A stretch of DNA of 64,000 bases from Gammaproteobacteria bacterium (GTDB taxonomy: Bacteria > Pseudomonadota > Gammaproteobacteria > UBA1113). How positions within the stretch are numbered: the first letter of the stretch is position 1; every line of letters begins with the position of its first letter. The translations under genes were made by a program, and so were the position numbers. Where the stretch lies: assembly GCA_021773295.1 (NCBI GenBank), contig JAJFKI010000007.1, forward strand, positions 5,046 through 69,045, read 5' to 3'. Shown here piece by piece: positions 58,944-64,000 of this stretch. The notes below the pieces were generated by a model. The model was not told where the DNA came from. It saw only the letters and a list, made by a program, of their open reading frames with translations, and did not search any database.

Positions 58944-60111
58944 CAAAAACAATCAGTGGCATGCCTTCATTACAAATGAGAAAGCAAAAGCCACACTACT
59001 TGATATAGCCCAAACACATCACGATTGCCAGATGGAAGTGATAACAGGAAATCTTGATAAAGCTATTGAACACGTTGCCAATCGAGACATTCGTTATCTC
59101 CTTATCGACATATCCGGTGAAGATGATCCAATACCAAAAATAAAAGAACTTGCTGAACACTGCCATGATGAAATTTACGTCATAGCACTTGGTAAAACTG
59201 ATAACGTAAGCTTTTATCGTAAACTGCAGCTCATTGGAATTGATGACTACTTAGTGCTTCCCATCGAAGAAAAAGCATTATTTGATGCAATGCAAACCGT
59301 AGGCGTAACAACGACTAAATCAAAAGCTCATCAACGTCAAAATATTATCGTCGCTGGAGCACGCTCAGGTGTTGGTGCATCAACCATAGCGGTAAATCTT
59401 GCTCATGTTTTTTCCGAAAATAGACAGTACAAGACATGTCTCATTGACTGGGATTATCATTTTGGTAGCGCACTATTATCGTTTGATTTAGCGAGTAATA
59501 TGGACTTAGTAGAAGCCATCGGTAATGTAGATAGACTTGATACGTCACTTCTGGAAAACCTCTCAAAAAATGCTAGTGAAAATTTGAGTGTATTAGGAGC
59601 GCTCTGCCCATTAGACATGCCTATCACAGTCCAGCCCAATGACGTAATGAAAATAACCACGCTACTCAATGAGATAAATGACATTACTCTCCATGATATT
59701 CCTCACTCAAGCGAATTGTTATATCAACTTCTTAATGATGACACTACCGCTGTTATCATTATTTCGGATTTGTCTATAAATGCCATTCGCGATACACAGC
59801 GAATATTAGAGTTTTGTAAAAAGCAAGCGCCCCATAGTGACATAATCATGGTGTTAATGAATGACAAATCACTGAGTGGAGAGCAAATTACTATAAAGCA
59901 ATTTGGCCTAAAAGTTGAACGCAACCCTGACCATATCATAGAAAACGATAAAAATATTATTGTCGGTGCTTTAAATATAGGGGAACCTCTTGCTAAAACA
60001 GATCCAAATCATCCTATGATAGTTACCTTGAGAAAAATAACCCAATCAATTTTAAAAATTAAGACTCAAGAGAAGAAAAAATCGATTCTCAAGCGCTGGC
60101 TGCATATATAG
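58918..60111 (+). CDS. TadZ/CpaE pilus-assembly ATPase (ParA/MinD-like with N-terminal receiver-like domain)
   Basis: Deviant Walker A AGARSGVGASTIAVNLA; start placed at GTG 58918 with GGAGGAG RBS (the tracked ORF begins at 58786 inside the upstream gene). Confidence 0.8.
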   Translation: MDPLASQNSKNNQWHAFITNEKAKATLLDIAQTHHDCQMEVITGNLDKAIEHVANRDIRYLLIDISGEDDPIPKIKELAEHCHDEIYVIALGKTDNVSFYRKLQLIGIDDYLVLPIEEKALFDAMQTVGVTTTKSKAHQRQNIIVAGARSGVGASTIAVNLAHVFSENRQYKTCLIDWDYHFGSALLSFDLASNMDLVEAIGNVDRLDTSLLENLSKNASENLSVLGALCPLDMPITVQPNDVMKITTLLNEINDITLHDIPHSSELLYQLLNDDTTAVIIISDLSINAIRDTQRILEFCKKQAPHSDIIMVLMNDKSLSGEQITIKQFGLKVERNPDHIIENDKNIIVGALNIGEPLAKTDPNHPMIVTLRKITQSILKIKTQEKKKSILKRWLHI

Positions 60112-60120
60112 GAGTTAACC

Positions 60121-61575
60121 ATGTTAGGCAAAAAAAAATCTTCAGGCCCTCTTAAAAAAGAAGGTGCCCCAAAAACCTCTATTACAGAAACTACTCTTGA
60201 AGTAGACGCTACCATGGAAACGGAGCCAGCTAGCCCTACCTTTCCTGAAAAAATCAAATATCACCCAAGCTTTAAAATAAAAGGACGTATCCTTTCAGAT
60301 ATCCCCCCAGACATACAGCAAAAAGTGCTAAATATAACTGCAGCGATTCAAGAAGCAATTGTCGATCAAATTGATTTACACGAAATAACCTTTCTTGATA
60401 AAGAACAATTTCTGCAACTAGCGAAACCAATCATCGATAAAGTGCTATCAGATGAAAAAATATCACTCAATAAAAACGAAGAGTTATATCTTGAATATTG
60501 CATTCTCGCTGAAATGCTCGGTTATGGCCCTATACAAGCTTTATTAGATGATGTGTCTATCAATGATATTTTAATTAATGGCTTTACAAAAGTTTATGTG
60601 GAGCGTTTTGGTAAGCTGGAATTGACAGATATATCCTTTCGCAACGATGAGCATTTAATGAGATTAATAAGCCAGATGGTTTTAAAAACAGGGCGTAGAA
60701 TCGATGAACTTAATCCTTATGTTGATACCAGGCTACCTGATGGTAGTCGTGTGAATGCTATCATACCTCCCCTTGCCATTGATGGCCCGAGCGTATCAAT
60801 ACGTAAATTCAAACAAAGCATGATGCATTTTTCTGATATGATTACCACCGGTTCGATGTCTGTTGCGATGTCAAGAGTATTAGAAATTGCAGTTCGTTCA
60901 AAAATCAATATTTTAATATTGGGGGGTACAGGTTGTGGTAAAACAACATTTTTAAATGCCTTATCACAAATGATCCCAAATGATGAAAGGATTGTTACCA
61001 TTGAAGACGCTGCTGAATTACAACTACAGCAGCCACATCTAGTTCGATTAGAAACACGTACGCCAAATGTAGAAGGCGAAGGAGAGGTGACTATCAGACA
61101 ACTTGTTATTAATGCTCTTAGGATGCGACCGGATAGAATTATTCTTGGGGAAATTCGTGGTGAAGAGTCCTTTGAAATGTTACAAGCAATGAATACGGGC
61201 CATAACGGTTCAATGTGCACAATACATGCCAGCAGCACACGGGAAGTGGCTGCAAGGTTGTCAAACATGTTAATGATGCTAGGTTATAACTTTTCAAACC
61301 AGTCTATCCTCTCTCAAATAGCCAACTCAATTCAATTACTTGTCGAGTTAACCAGAATGAAAGACGGGAAAAGAAGAGTAACAAAAATTACTGAAATTAC
61401 AGGGCTTGAACACGACGTGATAACCATGCAAGATTTATTCGTTTATCAACAGTCAGGAGAAGACAAAAATGGTAATTTGCTTGGGGATTTTAAAGTCACC
61501 AAAATTAAACCTAGATTTTCATGGCGCACAATTCTCTATGGTTTAGATAAAGAATTATTGGAGGCGATGCAGTGA
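60121..61575 (+). CDS. tadA: Tad secretion ATPase TadA/CpaF
   Basis: Walker A GGTGCGKTT, Asp box, His box of VirB11/GspE-family ATPases. Confidence 0.92.
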   Translation: MLGKKKSSGPLKKEGAPKTSITETTLEVDATMETEPASPTFPEKIKYHPSFKIKGRILSDIPPDIQQKVLNITAAIQEAIVDQIDLHEITFLDKEQFLQLAKPIIDKVLSDEKISLNKNEELYLEYCILAEMLGYGPIQALLDDVSINDILINGFTKVYVERFGKLELTDISFRNDEHLMRLISQMVLKTGRRIDELNPYVDTRLPDGSRVNAIIPPLAIDGPSVSIRKFKQSMMHFSDMITTGSMSVAMSRVLEIAVRSKINILILGGTGCGKTTFLNALSQMIPNDERIVTIEDAAELQLQQPHLVRLETRTPNVEGEGEVTIRQLVINALRMRPDRIILGEIRGEESFEMLQAMNTGHNGSMCTIHASSTREVAARLSNMLMMLGYNFSNQSILSQIANSIQLLVELTRMKDGKRRVTKITEITGLEHDVITMQDLFVYQQSGEDKNGNLLGDFKVTKIKPRFSWRTILYGLDKELLEAMQ

Positions 61576-62471
61576 GTGGTCTCATGCTGATGTTAAGTCT
61601 ATTAATATCTGTAGTCTTACTGGCAGTATTATCCATTAAATTTGTAGAAGTCAGCTTGCGAAAAAAAAAGATTCAATCTCGTTTAAAGAAACAATGCCAA
61701 AAACAAAATACTGACATTGTTAGCCAATATCAGCTTGCTCCAAAACATAGCAGAATACTCTTCAAATGGCCTTTAAGCCGAGTCATACTGTGGTTTAGTG
61801 TATTAATGGGATCCTTTGCTTTAATATCTTTACTGTTTGAATCACACGCATTATTAACAACCGTCACAAGTTCATACCTACTGATTGCCTCAGGGATACT
61901 TTATATTGCTGGGTACATAAAACAAAAACAAAGAAATAAATTCATTGATGAACTACCCGCAATCATTGAGTTTATTGCACAAGCAGTCACAGGAGGAAGA
62001 ACTGTCCCAGAAGCAATTACGCTTGTTTGTGAAAAGTATACGGGGTTAATACAAAAAGTTTTTAAAAGAATTAATCGCTCAATAAACTTAGGTCAGTCCT
62101 ATGTCGATGCAATTAGAAAAGAAGCATTAGAGTTAAAAATGGTGGAATTTTATTTTTTTAGTATTATCATAGTGACGCAATTTAAAACTGGCGGAAAAAT
62201 CGCAGAGTTATTAGGTAATCTTGCTAAAACCTTATATGAAAAAAGAGCATTAAAATTAAAAATAAAATCACTCACATCTGAAGCAAAAACTAGCATGATA
62301 ATTTTGGCTATATTACCTTGGGTTGCTGTTTTATCAACATTGCTCATTGCTAAAGATTATCTTGCCCCGCTTTTTACCCATCCAATAGGGAGAATGGTCT
62401 TAGGTGGCAGCATTCTATCTGAAGTGATTGCTTTTATGATTTACAAGAGAATGTCTAAAGGAAAGCTATGA
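61572..62471 (+). CDS. tadB: Tad inner-membrane platform protein TadB
   Basis: GspF-like polytopic membrane protein; 4-nt overlap with tadA. Confidence 0.8.
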   Translation: MSGLMLMLSLLISVVLLAVLSIKFVEVSLRKKKIQSRLKKQCQKQNTDIVSQYQLAPKHSRILFKWPLSRVILWFSVLMGSFALISLLFESHALLTTVTSSYLLIASGILYIAGYIKQKQRNKFIDELPAIIEFIAQAVTGGRTVPEAITLVCEKYTGLIQKVFKRINRSINLGQSYVDAIRKEALELKMVEFYFFSIIIVTQFKTGGKIAELLGNLAKTLYEKRALKLKIKSLTSEAKTSMIILAILPWVAVLSTLLIAKDYLAPLFTHPIGRMVLGGSILSEVIAFMIYKRMSKGKL

Positions 62472-63415
62472 TCTCATCTGGATTACAATTCATTACTAAT
62501 AATATGTTTTTCATTGTATTATTTGTGATGCTTATAGCATCTCTTTATATTCTAACCGCCTTATGGATTAAAATGGATACGTACAAGCGCCTATCCTCAA
62601 GACTCTATAATCTGAATAAACGAGAAATAACCCCGACATTATCCACACAAAAAAGGATGAGCGACTCCCTGATAAAACAGTTAACAAAATTAGCAGAGTA
62701 CTTTAAATTATTTGATAGGCATGAACATAAACCGACGATACTATTACTGGCACAAGCTGGTCATACCAATAAAACCAGTTTAATTATTTACAGCTTTATA
62801 CAAATAGTTATTCCAGGTATTTTTGGCATGTCTGCATTTATCATTGCTCAAGCAGGTATTATTATTCATTTTAGTTTTACGCAGCAAATGATTTTTGTTA
62901 CGTGCGCCATCATTGTTGGAACTTATTTACCTATATTTGTGCTAAAAAAATTAGCTAAACACTACCAATCAAAAATCTATCGCAGTTTGCCTGATGTTAT
63001 GGATTTAATGGTGATGTGCTTAGAAGCTGGTTATGGCACTGATGAAATTTTTGATTTAATTGCTTACGAGTTTCAACATCTTGCCCCTGCAATGGCTGAG
63101 CAATTATACATTACAACCATGGAGTTACGCCTATTACCCGCGAGGCGGCTAGGATGGAGGAATCTTATGTTAAGAGTTCCTCTGGATGAAATAAAAAATT
63201 TAGTGGCCTGCATTGAACAAAATGAAAAATATGGAACCTCATTACTTAATAACGTAAAAATGTTAATTTTACACATAAGAAAAGAACAGGTGTTAAAAGC
63301 AGAAGACAAAGCGGGTAGATTACCTGCAATATTAACGCTCGTTATGGTATTTTTTATTTTTCCCATTACACTGATTTTACTATTAACGCCCGCTCTTATT
63401 AGAGCACTTTCATGA
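62468..63415 (+). CDS. tadC: Tad inner-membrane platform protein TadC
   Basis: GspF-like polytopic membrane protein; 4-nt overlap with tadB. Confidence 0.8.
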   Translation: MISSGLQFITNNMFFIVLFVMLIASLYILTALWIKMDTYKRLSSRLYNLNKREITPTLSTQKRMSDSLIKQLTKLAEYFKLFDRHEHKPTILLLAQAGHTNKTSLIIYSFIQIVIPGIFGMSAFIIAQAGIIIHFSFTQQMIFVTCAIIVGTYLPIFVLKKLAKHYQSKIYRSLPDVMDLMVMCLEAGYGTDEIFDLIAYEFQHLAPAMAEQLYITTMELRLLPARRLGWRNLMLRVPLDEIKNLVACIEQNEKYGTSLLNNVKMLILHIRKEQVLKAEDKAGRLPAILTLVMVFFIFPITLILLLTPALIRALS

Positions 63416-63435
63416 TACGCTCAAGGATATATTTA

Positions 63436-64000
63436 ATGATGAAAAAATATTTACTGCCCTTATTATCAGTTATTGTTTGCTTAAGCTTATCAGCCTGTAA
63501 AAGCCTAGAACTTGAACCTCAGCCTGTTGTTACTAAGGAAACTGAGACAAAGATGTTACAAATTGCACAGGTGGCTCATGCAACCTCACAGTATACAACT
63601 GCCGCAAAAATTTATCGTGAAATTTTAGATGCGCACCCTAATAAAGTACAACCAAAAATTGACCTAGCCAATACGCTTTATGATATGGGAAATTATGATG
63701 ACGCAATAAATTACTTTAAACAAATACTTGCTAAAAAGCCTAAAAATACAGATATAATTCGAAAACTTGGTAACTCCTACATGGCCATTAACCGTCCTGA
63801 GCTCGCCCTAGAAAAGTACCAGCAAGCGCTTGAAATCAATTCATCAGACATCAAAACACTCAGTGATTTAGGCATACTCCTTAATATCACTAATCATGCA
63901 CTTGCCGCAAATAAATGTTACCAAACAGCACTACAAATTAAGTCTAATGATCCATCATTAAATGCAAATTATGGCTTATCTTTAGCATTAACTGGACAGT
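63436..64000 (+). CDS. TPR-repeat lipoprotein TadD (partial, continues beyond window)
   Basis: Lipobox LSLSAC; tandem TPR motifs (AAKIYREILDAHPN..; GNYDDAINYFKQIL..; ALEKYQQALEIN..). Confidence 0.65.
   Translation, partial: MMKKYLLPLLSVIVCLSLSACKSLELEPQPVVTKETETKMLQIAQVAHATSQYTTAAKIYREILDAHPNKVQPKIDLANTLYDMGNYDDAINYFKQILAKKPKNTDIIRKLGNSYMAINRPELALEKYQQALEINSSDIKTLSDLGILLNITNHALAANKCYQTALQIKSNDPSLNANYGLSLALTGQ

Overview
This 64-kb window comes from a low-GC (about 40%) gammaproteobacterial chromosome. Gene content suggests a Legionellales-like organism, but that is inference only. Most of it is core metabolism: grxD, sodB, an astC/argD-like aminotransferase plus astB, nrdAB, mutH, dusA, a fadE-fadA-fadB beta-oxidation operon, phhAB, htpG and recJ. 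Four things stand apart from that background. (1) A 1410-aa secreted protein that is almost all Gly/Asn/Thr/Ser, in degenerate ~75-aa repeats. (2) A type I secretion locus: an ABC transporter with an N-terminal C39-like domain, a HlyD adaptor, and a 2484-aa adhesin with ~14 tandem ~100-aa repeats, FG-GAP-like repeats, RTX nonapeptides and a C-terminal secretion signal. (3) A complete Tad/Flp pilus locus. It is divergently arranged with a full-length PilD-type prepilin peptidase and a 54-aa flp pilin gene that the ORF track missed. (4) A previously unreported ~175-bp MITE-like palindromic repeat family, detailed in the findings. Other observations are two consensus DnaA boxes inside a 15-bp inverted repeat upstream of nrdA, a sigma-32-type promoter upstream of htpG, a mutH plus glycine-zipper lipoprotein block bounded by GC-rich GCAA-tetraloop hairpins, an orphan pilV/W/X-like minor-pilin operon, and a structured 200-bp convergent intergenic region. 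No rRNA, tRNA or CRISPR was recognised.
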